Positions 25,989-37,956 of a DNA stretch of 64,000 nt are shown in pieces; the stretch's first letter is position 1; every line of letters starts with the position of its first letter. This DNA comes from Phoronis australis (taxonomy: Eukaryota; Animalia; Phoronida). The notes beneath the pieces are model-generated. The model ran no database searches, was not told where the DNA came from, and worked only from the letters and a program-made list of their open reading frames with translations. A program made the position numbers and the translations under genes. Where the stretch lies: the NCBI GenBank assembly GCA_002633005.1, contig NMRA01000826.1:62001-126000 (forward strand), read 5' to 3'.

Positions 25989-27091
25989 AACAAGAGCAAC
26001 GCAGAGCGTTGAAATGCGCCCACAATTGCACCGCCAACGGTATCCTTCTAGGGTTGTTTATTGGTACCATAAAGTGGCCAGTAGAGGGCATATATGTAGT
26101 ATGTTGTACTTAGCAAAATGGAAAGGCATGGTCATTGTCTCCTCAATAGGCTAGGGGCAAAATGTGAGTAATCTTCATAATACAAGCACATCCTATACAC
26201 CAGTTGCTTAAAGCACCACAGAAACATAGAATTAAAAACAAATTTACCAACATACAAGATTAGCACAGCATTAGAATGCCAGAAACAAATTTCTACTTGG
26301 AACTTTTCCTTCACAGTCACGAAGTAACACAAAGTATACACCTGAAGACCTATGAAAATACAGAGGTCAATGTAAAATNNNNNNNNNNNNNNNNNNNNNN
26401 NNNNNNNNNNNNNNNNNNNNNNNNNNNNNNNNNNNNNNNNNNNNNNNNNNNNNNNNNNNNNNNNNNNNNNNNNNNNNNNNNNNNNNNNNNNNNNNNNNNN
26501 NNNNNNNNNNNNNNNNNNNNNNNNNNNNNNNNNNNNNNNNNNNNNNNNNNNNNNNNNNNNNNNNNNNNNNNNNNNNNNNNNNNNNNNNNNNNNNNNNNNN
26601 NNNNNNNNNNNNNNNNNNNNNNNNNNNNNNNNNNNNNNNNNNNNNNNNNNNNNNNNNNNNNNNNNNNNNNNNNNNNNNNNNNNNNNNNNNNNNNNNNNNN
26701 NNNNNNNNNNNNNNNNNNNNNNNNNNNNNNNNNNNNNNNNNNNNNNNNNNNNNNNNNNNNNNNNNNNNNNNNNNNNNNNNNNNNGTCATCTCACTAATAG
26801 GTGCCAACATACCAACTTTCATGAAAATTCGTTCAGGACTTTTGAAGATACAAAGGTAAGCGTAAAAAACTAAAATTGCCACTAGGGGGCACACCGGTAG
26901 TCGGATCCGTCCGAAAGTTCGCACATGCAGTCCCATTCATGAATGGAACATATGTGCCAAATTTCATGAACGTATGTCAAAGGGTTTTGGAGATAGAGCA
27001 GCGGACGCCGACCGGACGGACGGACAAACGGACGGACGGACAGAGATGACGGCATAATGCGTCCACATATAAATATGTGGGCGCATAAAAA
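25989..27091 (+). mobile_element. HINE/DINE-1-like (Helentron-associated) element spanning the N gap
   Basis: aacaagag + hairpin CAACGCagaGCGTTG + subTIR ATGCGCCCAC; other end has an (ACGG)n microsatellite and palindrome atgcgtccacatataaatatgtgggcgcat; A-rich flanks. Confidence 0.85.
26379..26784. other. Assembly gap (406 N); single-N joins also at 36524, 43424 and 45664
   Basis: Runs of n, all inside or at repeats. Confidence 0.99.
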
Positions 27092-27753
27092 GGCACCGGA
27101 AAGACTTTGGCTTAGTGACTGCTGTTTACATTAATTGACTTCTAATTAGATTTCCACCTCAATCCAGAGGTCTCTAGTCTACATACAATAGAGAGGTCTC
27201 TACAGCTCTACATACAATAGAGAAGTTCAATAAGCAGTGCAAACCAGTTTAGATTTTCAAAAATACTTTGAGGGTAACAGACTGTAACTGCAGAAAATCT
27301 TGTGCATGGGTCAAGTGTCGGACTGACTTGAGATTTGTGCCAGAAACTCTCCTGATTTGAATGATGTTGACTGTTCAAGTTAGCCTTGGTATGACATGTA
27401 CAACTCCATGTAATATATTCCTAAACTTCAGACATAAACATCCAGCTGACTCGCCATCGCCCAATGCGTTGTTAAATGCATGTCCTCGGAAAATGTTGAT
27501 TAACTTATAAACATCCAATTGGCTGCCATCTTCCAGTGTGTCTCTTTAAAAGCAGGTCCTCAATCAATGTTCATAAATGTATCATCCCAAGATAGTAAAA
27601 TGGTATCACCAATTGCAATGTGACGGTAGGATTTTGAAGCATTACCTTGAACACTTGTGTGGGCTCATGTCAAGAGACAGCACTGCACTGTAAAGCACTG
27701 TAAGCAGTATGGATGTCCACAGCACAATAATAAAGAGTGTGAGGTTAACTTAT

Positions 27754-27919
27754 TCAGCCCGGCTGATGATTCTGTCTTAGTTTTCTCCATGAATCAGATT
27801 GTGACCTTCTCTCGTTATCGTCTAACCACTGGAGTAGCGCAGATACAATGAAAGTTTCACAGTTCAACATAAGGCCTACTGCGTAACTGGCACATGCGAA
27901 GTCTGCATCTTCTGTTCCA
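27754..27919 (-). CDS. Putative terminal exon of FANCF-like gene (GTEDADFACASYAVGLMLNCETFIVSALLQWLDDNERRSQSDSWRKLRQNHQPG*)
   Basis: ttttgtag| acceptor, phase 2 matching the exon at 31148-31273; S.W..L near the C-terminus resembles FANCF SIWTDLL. Confidence 0.5.
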
Positions 27920-30221
27920 CTACAAAATATGTAAAGATTTAATATGGCTGCCACTAGGAACCACTAACACTAATTACGACACACATGCCCACAAAATCCT
28001 TTGCACACAATTTCAAAACATTGCACCTGCTCAACTTAGGATGTTACGGTTTGCCAAGAAAGATGGACCATTGGAAACTTGTCCCATTTCACAGTACCTT
28101 GTACTGCATCAATAGATTTGTGCAAAAACAACGGTTGTCGAGAAGCTTGTTCATAAGGAATGCAAATTTAAGGTCCTGTATACAGCTCAGCAATTTCAGC
28201 ATTAGCGATGATTTCAGAAAACTGCTTTAAAATATAACTTCCAAAGTTATAAACCAGAATCACTTAGTCAATAAATTGTAATGTTGACTGCTTCTATGAA
28301 AACTTGTTACGTACCATTCCCCTGGATTGTTAAAGCCAAGAAATTTCCAACATCAGGATCTCGTCTAGTATCACATTCGATAATCATTAAACTTAACAAA
28401 CAAGCTTAATGCTGTGGCAGAGTCAGAGCTTACAGTCACACAAAGGAATTGGCAGGTGAAAGTTACAATCTAATTTCGCTAAAACTCCACTGTTTTTGTC
28501 CATCCGATGTTTTTGGTGATAGTATTTTATACAGAACGCATCTTCATCACGACATTTGTTGAACGTCGTTTGGAACTAGGGTTAGTGACAGGAGCACTGT
28601 TTACAACATGATTGGTGGATTACACGATCTTATCAGACGAACGCAGACAATGAGAGAGTTGGACTACATGTAAACATTGGTTTGACAACTTTCTTCCGTT
28701 GCTTTCGCTTTTGAACTCGTCTGAGAACGACACTTGTGTATCCTGACCAGCTCATCAGTGAAATCGGGATACTCATCCCACAGCACGGGGGCATAACGAT
28801 GTAACATTTTATTCTTTCACTTTTTTTACTTCATCAAGAGTCAAATCCGCTACATATGTATCACTGATGTCAACTTTACCACTGCACCACCAGCATGTGC
28901 CCCCAACTAAAAGTCTTAATCCCTTCTTAGTATTTGATCATGATTCTGACATCACTTTTGTTTTTAAATAACCCGTAAAATATAAAGTACTAAGTTAATA
29001 CTACATCAAGTCCCACCTTCCCAATGTTGCACTGCACCACCAGTACTTAGTGAAAGTGAATAATTGCATAACATCGAGCAATAAATTGGTGATTTTTAAA
29101 ATTGTTAAGCTTCTGAAATTGAATTTCTCCAAAAAGTTAGGTTAGGATTATTTCTACCAGAAGATTTTTTGTGTACTTAATACGTTTAGTCACTTAGATA
29201 TCATGATTGGATGAGGCTGGGGGTTAGGGAAGCCCCAACTACAATACACACTCTTACAATAATAGTTATATGAAAATTATTACAACAAAAAGAAGAACAT
29301 ATTAACAAAGCAATAAAAATAAAATAATAAAATTGGGCGTAATATAAAATTAATATACTATCACTATGAATAGGGGTGAAAGGAAAGGGGAAAGGGGAGG
29401 ACTTTCAACACTCATTCACACTCATACTCAAACTTGAAGAAAAGTAACTGTACAATAACTTCAAAAAACAATATACTAACTTTCTAAAATAGTTATTCAA
29501 TGCAAAAAAACTGTTCCATTATTCAGAGAGATGCCTGCAAAAACCCTCCACAGATCTACAGTTTTGTCCGAGACATTGATGGCAGTACTATTTACTGTTT
29601 CAAACAGTTTGAATTTAAACATATTAAAACAAGGTGGAGGCCCCTTGGAGACCCCTGTCTTGATGGAGTATACAATGAGATATAGTATCTGGGAGTAATA
29701 TGATTATAGTCCTAGATAGTATTGAGCATGGGTGTACAGGGTGTTGAATACTTCACATTCTCCTGAAAAGTTAGGTTGGGATCACTTTTGCCTGAAGAAA
29801 TGATAGCACACAAGAGCAACACTGAACATTAATAAGCACCCACTGTTTAGATTGCATAAACGGAGATATAAAAGAAGATCATTATTTAAAATCTTTCCAC
29901 TATAGGCTAAGGCCATAGCCCCAGTCACATCATCCTGTGACCAAGTCAGGGAAGAAACTTCAATTTTTGTGCGGCTAGATATATCTTCAAGCATTTGATA
30001 TTCAAAACGTCCCCCCAATTAAAGTAACACATTTTTTCCACGCTCTCCTAATATAACATCAAACAAGAGGTGGCAGTGTGCTACATCCTTAGCCAATCAC
30101 AAGAAATGATGAAAAAATTGTTAATCAGGTGGCCAGTTGCAAAAATAAAATTTGTATAAATCTTGTGGTGATTGACAACTCTACCAATTTCGCAGAGAAT
30201 ATGACTTGACAGCTTTTTTGA

Positions 30222-30665
30222 AAAACATGCCAATTTTCACAATCATCCTTTGAGCGGTTTGGTTGATAGAGGGGTAGACGCACAAAAACAGAGTCGAAAA
30301 CACTAAAAATGGCCACTAGGTGGCGCAAACTATGTGGAATCCATCTGAAAACAGGAGGATAGCGTCATCTCACTAATAAGTGCCAACATACCAAATTTCA
30401 TGAAAATCCGTTCAGGACTTTTGAAGATACAAAGGCAAGCGTAAAAAACTAAAATTGCCACTAGGAGGCACACCGCTAGTTGGATCCGTCCGAAAGTTCA
30501 CACATGCCGTCCCATTCATGAATGGAACATATGTGCCTAATTTCATGAATGTATGTCAAAGGGTTTTGGAGATAGAGCAGCGGACACCGGACGCCGCCCG
30601 GACGGACGGATGGACGGAGATGACGGCATAATGTGTCCACATATAAATATGTGGGCGCATAAAAA
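30222..30665 (+). mobile_element. Truncated HINE copy
   Basis: Near-identical to 26785-27091, including the ACGG repeat and terminal palindrome. Confidence 0.85.
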
Positions 30666-30766
30666 GGCGTGGATCCATACACCGCAAGACAAAGCTTGCA
30701 CTTGCAATAAAAAATCTTTGCTTATGGAACAAGCTCACTGACCAAGTACTTCAGGGTCGCCATATT

Positions 30767-30930
30767 GCTAGGATATAGGCTACGAAGTTAGGATACACGC
30801 TAAGAAGTTAGGATATAATCTGAGAAAACTGATCATAGACCGGAAAGCTAGGACATCGGCTAAGAAGCTACGATATAGGATAAGAAGCTACCATATAAGC
30901 TAAGAAGCCAGGATATAGGCTAAGAAGCTT
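30767..30930. repeat. Degenerate ~20-bp tandem repeat (gctaggatataggctaagaa)
   Basis: About 8 diverged units. Confidence 0.75.
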
Positions 30931-31147
30931 CTGAGTATACTTGCGAAATGTGATATTGCGAAATCTTGCTTTTAAGGAAGAAATTAGGCTAATGGAACAC
31001 ACTCGTGTTTGTGACTAACTGGCTGTAAATAACTACTTTAATGGTTTTATAGAGCCTCAGTTGACATCCATACTGAATAACTTCATGTGAGTTCACAAAT
31101 CCAATAAATTGCTCCTTAGGCTAGTGTTGAATACTGGGTGTACTTAC

Positions 31148-31273
31148 CTTGAGTCAATTATCCTTGCCAAATACCTCAAGTAGGCTTGGAAAAATGAATG
31201 GTACTTCGTTGACATGGCAGTAAGAATTTGGCCATCAATCTTCAGCAGGACTTGGGTATTGCCGTGGTCAGAG
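31148..31273 (-). CDS. Exon of FANCF-like gene (SDHGNTQVLLKIDGQILTAMSTKYHSFFQAYLRYLARIIDS)
   Basis: cttgacag| acceptor, AG|gtaagt donor; 126 nt open, phase 2-2; resembles FANCF LPAGLLTLVTSRHPALSPVYLGLL. Confidence 0.6.
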
Positions 31274-33134
31274 CTGTCAAGGTAAACTTTAACTTAACAC
31301 ACTTTTGACATTTCATTTGGGACTTAACTGTGTTCTCAAAGAAACAGTACTGTAATGACTTGATGAAGACAAAACTGTATAACGTAAACTAAAATACTGT
31401 CCGCAGATTTCTGTCGTTTACCTTTTTCTAAAAGCGATCTTACAGAAAAATCAGTTTTCAGGGGAAAATGGTCAACTGACTACAACTCTGGGTATTACTT
31501 TGTCCTGATAATTCCAGCAATCATCAAAGATACATAAGGTACATGGTGACCAAAAACTTTATGTTTTTGCCTCTTAAAATTATTCTTTCAGGAACCTCTA
31601 CCAAACTTTACATATAAAAACTGCTATGAGTGAATGACATTTCAACCAAATTACAAAAATAAAGAAGGTTCTTTACCATCTAACTGCCTCTTCTGTTCAC
31701 CATTGTGATGCAAGCACATGCATGGTCAGGTAAACTCAAAGAACAGTCTTGGTCTACCGCACCTCCCAATTATGAGGTACAGAGACCTTAGTACAGCATG
31801 GGCAGCTAAACCAAAACATGGCATTATTGGAATCATTAGCTCACTTGATCAAGCTCAATTCTGAGCGTCATGTTGTTGAGCTTGAGAGGTTTTAATGGGA
31901 AATGGGTGTGTTAGAGATTAGCAGTGGTACCAAGATGGGTCCATCCCAATACAGCTTATGTAACACTTAAATTTAGGCTGTAATGTGTGTACTATGTTTA
32001 GGTCTTTACCGATGGCAGCAGCTCTCGACTGAGTCAGTCCGTGCCTAAAGGCCAGATGTGTAAAACATAATGCATCTATGTGAGTAATGCATAACTCTTA
32101 GGTTTACCTGTTGTATCTGAAAGATAATCTTTCTCAGGTGTGTAAAGCACTCATGTTGCTTTGCGTATACACACATATACCTTTGTATGTTTACCCAAGT
32201 TGGGTGCGTTGCCAGTGCGACTTGAGCTACAGCCAAGTAGTCTGTAACTAGACATACATGAAGAGTCGGTTACCACTGAAGTATGACGCTGTAAACTTAT
32301 TTTCAGTTTTATAAGTGTTTTATTATCAGTTTTGTATAAATAATTATATTGGTTTGTCGAGTTTTATAAGTGTTCTATTATCAGTTTTGTATAAATAATT
32401 ATATTGGTTTGTCGCTTTGGCTCATCTCTGTGTGCACTTGTTCCATGCTCCCAATTTTACAACAGTATCAAAATGTTGATATTACAGATTTGTGAGGTAA
32501 GTCATGACCTGAAGGCATGACATTCAACGGACAGCACTCTCAACAGATTCAAACTTATTTTATGCTCACTTACAAGCTCACTTTAAATACTGTGTTACTT
32601 TATACAAATAACCCAAGCAGTAGCTTAAACAGGCTATAAAATGGTAACAAATAGAGATTAATTTCCAACTTTTTTTTGTAAAATAATAGAAATGCCATCC
32701 ATTCCTAGTGTGGCTGGACAATGGTACAAAGATCTCTTGCCGGTCATGCGTGTAAAGCAACATTTATTATGAAAAATATGGCTGTCACTATTGAAAAAGA
32801 AAATATTCCCAATCCTTAATTATGGTGCTGAGGAGATTTCATCAGGGTAAAGTATGTAGAAGCTGTTCAAATAAGTTTTGTAAGTTCTTACTAAAACTAA
32901 GAATACGTCAAATGTAACAGCAAGGGCAGGGCGGGGATTGGGAAGATGCAGGATGCATTTTCAAAGACTGCAAAGTCATTAAATACTGGTTAAAATTGAC
33001 ACCTGAAGCCAAAAGATAAGGCTAGAAGTATGACTAAGTGTTACTAATTTTAATACGAGATGGGTCACCCAGTAAATAGTTTCATAGGTTGAAAGCAACA
33101 TTAGGCAAGCTTATGCCCATCCAGACATGACCAA

Positions 33135-33338
33135 ACAGGGACAGGCATACCACGTGGCATACCACAGGGACAGGCATAACACAGGACAGGCATACCACAG
33201 GACAGGCATACCACAGGGACAGGCATACCACAAGGACAGGCATAACACAGGACAGGCATACCACAGGACAGGCATAACACAGGACAGGCATACCACAGGA
33301 CAGGTACACCACAGGGACAGGCATACCACAGGACAGGC
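33135..33338. repeat. 16/17-bp minisatellite (acaggacaggcatacc)
   Basis: About 12 units; source of spurious Cys/Val ORFs. Confidence 0.95.
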
Positions 33339-33627
33339 ATTAAGTTTTCCAGGCCATCACAAGTGTCTTTCTTGCTCAATACTGTGTCATTCACCACAAA
33401 AGAAAATTTAAATTTGACTAGAAGCACAAAAGTGATGTACGTGTACAAAAAGTTCTTATCCACATATTGTGGGTAGGTTGTGCATAAGTTTTGGAATAAA
33501 TGCATAGAATTGATACCAAAAGTTGTGGAATAGGTTTTCAAACTCCGTTCAAGTAAGGTACCTCCACGTACTGAAAGCAGACATGACTGCAAAAGAGACT
33601 TATGATTCTATTCTTGTACTCACATAC

Positions 33628-33749
33628 CTCGTAGACAGGTCATCCACAACACTGATGATGAAATGTAGCAAGATCTTCCTTGCAGCAGCACCATCAACTT
33701 CACTGTCACTGCCATCTTCTGTCAGGAGACATGACTGAAGTAACAACAC
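33628..33749 (-). CDS. Exon of FANCF-like gene (VLLLQSCLLTEDGSDSEVDGAAARKILLHFIISVVDDLST)
   Basis: ttggcag| acceptor, AG|gtatgt donor; phase 0-2, compatible with the next exon. Confidence 0.6.
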
Positions 33750-34619
33750 CTGCCAAAGTACCATAAAAAGCCAGTTTACGTCCTAAGTTGTGAAGAAAAA
33801 TTTGGTCAACTGAGGTCATTTCAAGATTAATTGTATTTCGTCACTTGATTTTTCAAATACAGGCAGACATTTTGAATAAGAAAAATGGTTCTCATCAACA
33901 ATCAGCACGATTTCTTAGTTAACCGTACTTTCAATCTCTCCAATGTTGAAAACTGCCACTAACAATGTCTATGAGTCTATATTTTGAACATCTAAGTGAC
34001 AATTCACACCGGCAATAAGACCAGAAACTTTCAGTCTGCAATCCAGTTTCAAGTTTAAATCATCAACACATTACAAATAAATTATTAGACCCATAAAGTG
34101 GCTATAATCCCATCTTACATCATAAGACCCACACTTTTGTTATCAATTAATTCATACTATTCTCAAATTACTGACTGCATGTGTCCCAAAAAGAGAACTC
34201 CATTCCAGTACCTTCAGAAAACTGTCACAAAAATCAGGCAAAATTGATGGTTTTGACACCAACTCTTATTTGTCAGGGAATACTCTCTCATTGCACGCAG
34301 GTAGGTGGTCGAAGGCTACACTCTGTATTTTAAAGCAGGGAATATTCCCTGCACAGTGTTCCCTTACTTCAAGCATATAATTACATAGTTAAAGGCTAAG
34401 TTTCACCCATGCCATTTATTCCCTATGCTATTGGAAGTACTGAGAAAAGTTAAAAATTTTATTAAAAAAATTGCAGGTGGTCTGGTACACGTACCAGACA
34501 AGAGCAAGCCGCGTATGTGGGCCCATTGCACTCATCACCTGGAACCATTTTTATGCTTTATTAATATATGGTTAAAACTGAACAGAGGAGCTAGAAACCG
34601 GACTCAAGGATCTAGCTGT

Positions 34620-34695
34620 GTGGCCCAGAGGAACTCGAACCCACAACCGTCTTGAGTAAAGAAAGCGGGCACCTATCGCAATAGGCCACATTGCC
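34620..34695 (-). mobile_element. tRNA-derived SINE head / degenerate tRNA-like sequence
   Basis: Minus-strand A-box-like TGGCCTATTGCG and B-box GGTTCGAGTTCC. Confidence 0.45.
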
Positions 34696-35907
34696 TCCTC
34701 AAAGTTAAACATTGGATACCCTATAATTTTGAAATTCAGTTAATTTTGCTTTTTTTGTTTCTAAGATCGAAACCTTGCTTTTGCTTTTCAAATAAAGGGA
34801 TACTATATTCCCTTTTAGCTTATAAACTGTGGTAACTACATCACAAGTCCTTAAAAAATAATGCTCTGCAATCATAGTCAACTCACAAAAGTTTGGAACA
34901 CATTGGACATATAAGTGTGCTTCACTGGTGAGTGTGACCAACATTTTCTTTCAATTAGACAGCTTTTAGGAAAAATCAGGAAGTTTTCTATCTGACTAAC
35001 ACTTGTATGTAGGAGGTGAGATAGCAGGTGACAGATCCAGTTTGTGATGAAAGCACCTAAACAGGATTGTATACTTTGTTGAAGATAGTAAACAAATGAA
35101 GCTAACGTTAAAAGTTTAATATCAACAACATACCATGGTACATGTATTTAAGTACATCAATCACATCAATTGAAAGGTTTTCGCTGTGCTTCCGCAAGAG
35201 CAAATGACTGCATGATTTATTAAATGATCTTGTTTATATCTTAAGACTACCTGCACATACTGAAAGCATTACTACACTATCCTACAAGACTACTAACTTA
35301 AAAATAAGAATTCCTTTTAAAGTTAAAAGCTAAATTTATCAGTCATGATGGACTGCTTTAATCAATAATGTCTTGTATGATCTCCATAAACTACAAAGTT
35401 ACACTAAAAACCCAATGGCTATAACCCAGTTTCGCGTGATTGCAAAACGAGAAATGAACTGTAGACAAAAATTGTTAATTTTGATGGAAAAAGTAGTCTG
35501 TGTGGCATCTTAAGGCATCTTTTTCTTCTTCCTGAAACAGAAAATTGAACCATAACGTAAAGACCTTGTGCTTGTGCTTCACATACTATATATAGTTAAA
35601 AAACACAAACATTGAATGAAACTCATTATACTGCATGAATTTAAAGAATTTTGTGCTTGGTTTGCAAATGATTAGGACTGTCTGATATTCTTGAATTTAC
35701 TATGAGTTCAGGATGGTTTTCACAAGCTTCAATGTGATAAGCAACTTTTGGGACACTCATGATTCAAATTAACTGTCCTTTGAGTACGAAAAAGGTATAC
35801 ATTTTCTGAATCCTTGAGTGAACACTTAGAATACTAAAATCTTGCTCCTGATCATCAGATTGAGACTTTTGTGTTAAAGTTGCTTTTTCTCCAAGCACGA
35901 ATTTCTG

Positions 35908-37956
35908 AACAAGAGCAACGCAGAGCGTTGAAATGCGCCCACGAATGCATCGCTAACGATGTTCTTCTAGGGGTGTTTACTTCGAACATAAAAATAGCAA
36001 CCAGATGGCGCAAAATGTCAATTCCATCTAAGAACTTGCATGTATCATCAAAACTATTTACCAAATTTCATAAAAATCCGTAAAGGAACTTCTGAGAAAA
36101 CAGGAAAATGAAACAAGAGCAACGCAAAGCGTTGAAATGCGCCCACAATTGCACCGCATACGGTATCCTTTTAGGGTTGTTTATTGGTACCATAAAGTGG
36201 CCAGTAGAGGGCATATATGTAGTATGTTGTACTTAGCAAAATGGAAAGGTATGGTCATTGTCTCCTCAATAGGCTAGGGGAAAAATGTGAGTAATCTTCA
36301 TAATACAAGCACATCCTATACACCAGTTGCTTAAAGCACCACAGAAACATAGAATTAAAAACAAATTTACCAACATACGAGATTAGCACAGCACTAGAAT
36401 GCCAGAAACAAATTTCTACTTGGAACTTTTCCTTCATAGTCACGAAGTAACACAAAGTATACACCTGAAGACCTATGAAAATACAGAGGTCAATGTAAAA
36501 TACTAAAATTGCCACTAGAGGCANAACTTCATGAACGTATGTCAGAGGGTTTTGGAGATAGAGTAGTGGACGCCGGACGCCGCCCGGACGGACGGACGTA
36601 CGGACGGACGGACAGAGATGACGGCATAATGCGTCCACATATAAATATGTGGGCGCATAAAAATGAAAATGCCACTATATAAGCCCAAAAAACATAACTG
36701 CCACTATGAGGCGCCAAGGTAGATAACGTCATCGGAAAATCATCATCAGACTTCCTCTTCACATTTTAATAGGAATATAAATGCCAATTTCCACAACCAT
36801 CCTTAGAGTGGTTTGGTTGACAGAGGGGCAGACATCAAATTACAAGACTCGAAAACAGTAAAAATGGCCACAAGGTGGCGCAAAATGTCTCCAATTTTAC
36901 CAAAAAGCAGATGATAACGTCACCTCACTAATAGATGCCTAACTGCCAAATTTTCTGAAAATCGATTGACGACCCATTAAGATACAGACAAACGTTAAAA
37001 ACTACAATTGCCACTAGGGGGCACACGAGTAGCCCGATCCTTCCAAAAGTTGTCATCCTCTGTTGTCACATTCATATAAATACACCAGCAAAATTCAATA
37101 AAGATCCTACAGAGCGTTTAGGAGATACAGCAATGGGCGCAAAAACAAACAAAACTGCCACTAGGACGCGCCATAGTATTCGAAATCTTCGAAAATCATC
37201 GTTAGCCACCGTCTTCACATTAAGAACATATGGTTGATAGAATGGCGGATACCAAAAACCAGACTCAAAAACAGTAAAAATGGCCACTAGGTGGCGCAAA
37301 GTACCACAAATCCGTCCGAAAATGGGAGGATGGCATCATTTCACTAATAGATGTCTAACTGCCTTATTTTATGAAAATCCATTAAGGACCTCCAAATCTA
37401 CACTGGAGGTAAGCGTAAAAAAATTAAAATCGCCACTAGTATTCGCAGAGGTCCGAAATTCGTTGTCATCGGTCTTCAGCTTAATGGGAAAACATCTGCC
37501 AAAGCTCATTAACATCCTGTGAGGGGTTTAGGAGATGCAGTCTGGGCGCAAAAAACAAACAAAACAATCACCAGGAGGCGCTAAAGTTGTTGACGTCTTC
37601 TGAAAATCATCGTCAGTCGCCCTATTCACAGTAACAACATATATCAATGCCAATTTTAAAAATCATACATCGGTTTTGTAGATAGAACAGCGGACACCAA
37701 AAAACAGATACGTAAACAGTAAAAATAGCCACTAGGAAGCGCAAAGTATCCCGAATCCGTCCGAAAACCGTAGTCGAAGAGGTCCAAAACTCGCCATCGT
37801 CCGTCGTGAGCTTCATAGGAACACATCTGCCAAATCTCATCAAGATCCTGGGATGGGTTTAGGAGATACAGCTGCGGATGGCGGATGACCGGATGCCCAG
37901 ACAGAGATGACGATAATATGTGACCACATATAAATAATTATGTGGACGCATAAAAA
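35908..37956 (+). mobile_element. Long HINE copy with diverged internal tandem repeats; contains a nested copy
   Basis: Both termini present; internal aaattgccactag-containing repeat units. Confidence 0.85.
36112..36662 (+). mobile_element. HINE copy nested in the element above (near-identical to the 25989 copy)
   Basis: Own start aacaagagcaacgc and own terminal palindrome; host sequence resumes atgaaaatgccacta. Confidence 0.8.

Noticed and set aside
26276-26936. 173- and 189-aa ORFs
   Set aside because: Run through the N gap within a repeat
29782-30018. 78-aa minus ORF with a hydrophobic end
   Set aside because: No convincing splice acceptor, ATG or homology
33082-33592. Cys/Val-rich ORFs in several frames
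   Set aside because: Produced by the acaggacaggcatacc minisatellite
34212-34322. Possible exon ending DSFLK, resembling FANCF NNFLKV
   Set aside because: In-frame TAA between the plausible acceptor and the donor
35000-35230. Two possible small minus-strand exons (HLLLRKHSENL..., AFITNWICHLL...)
   Set aside because: Weak acceptor and no recognisable homology; cannot be supported without RNA data
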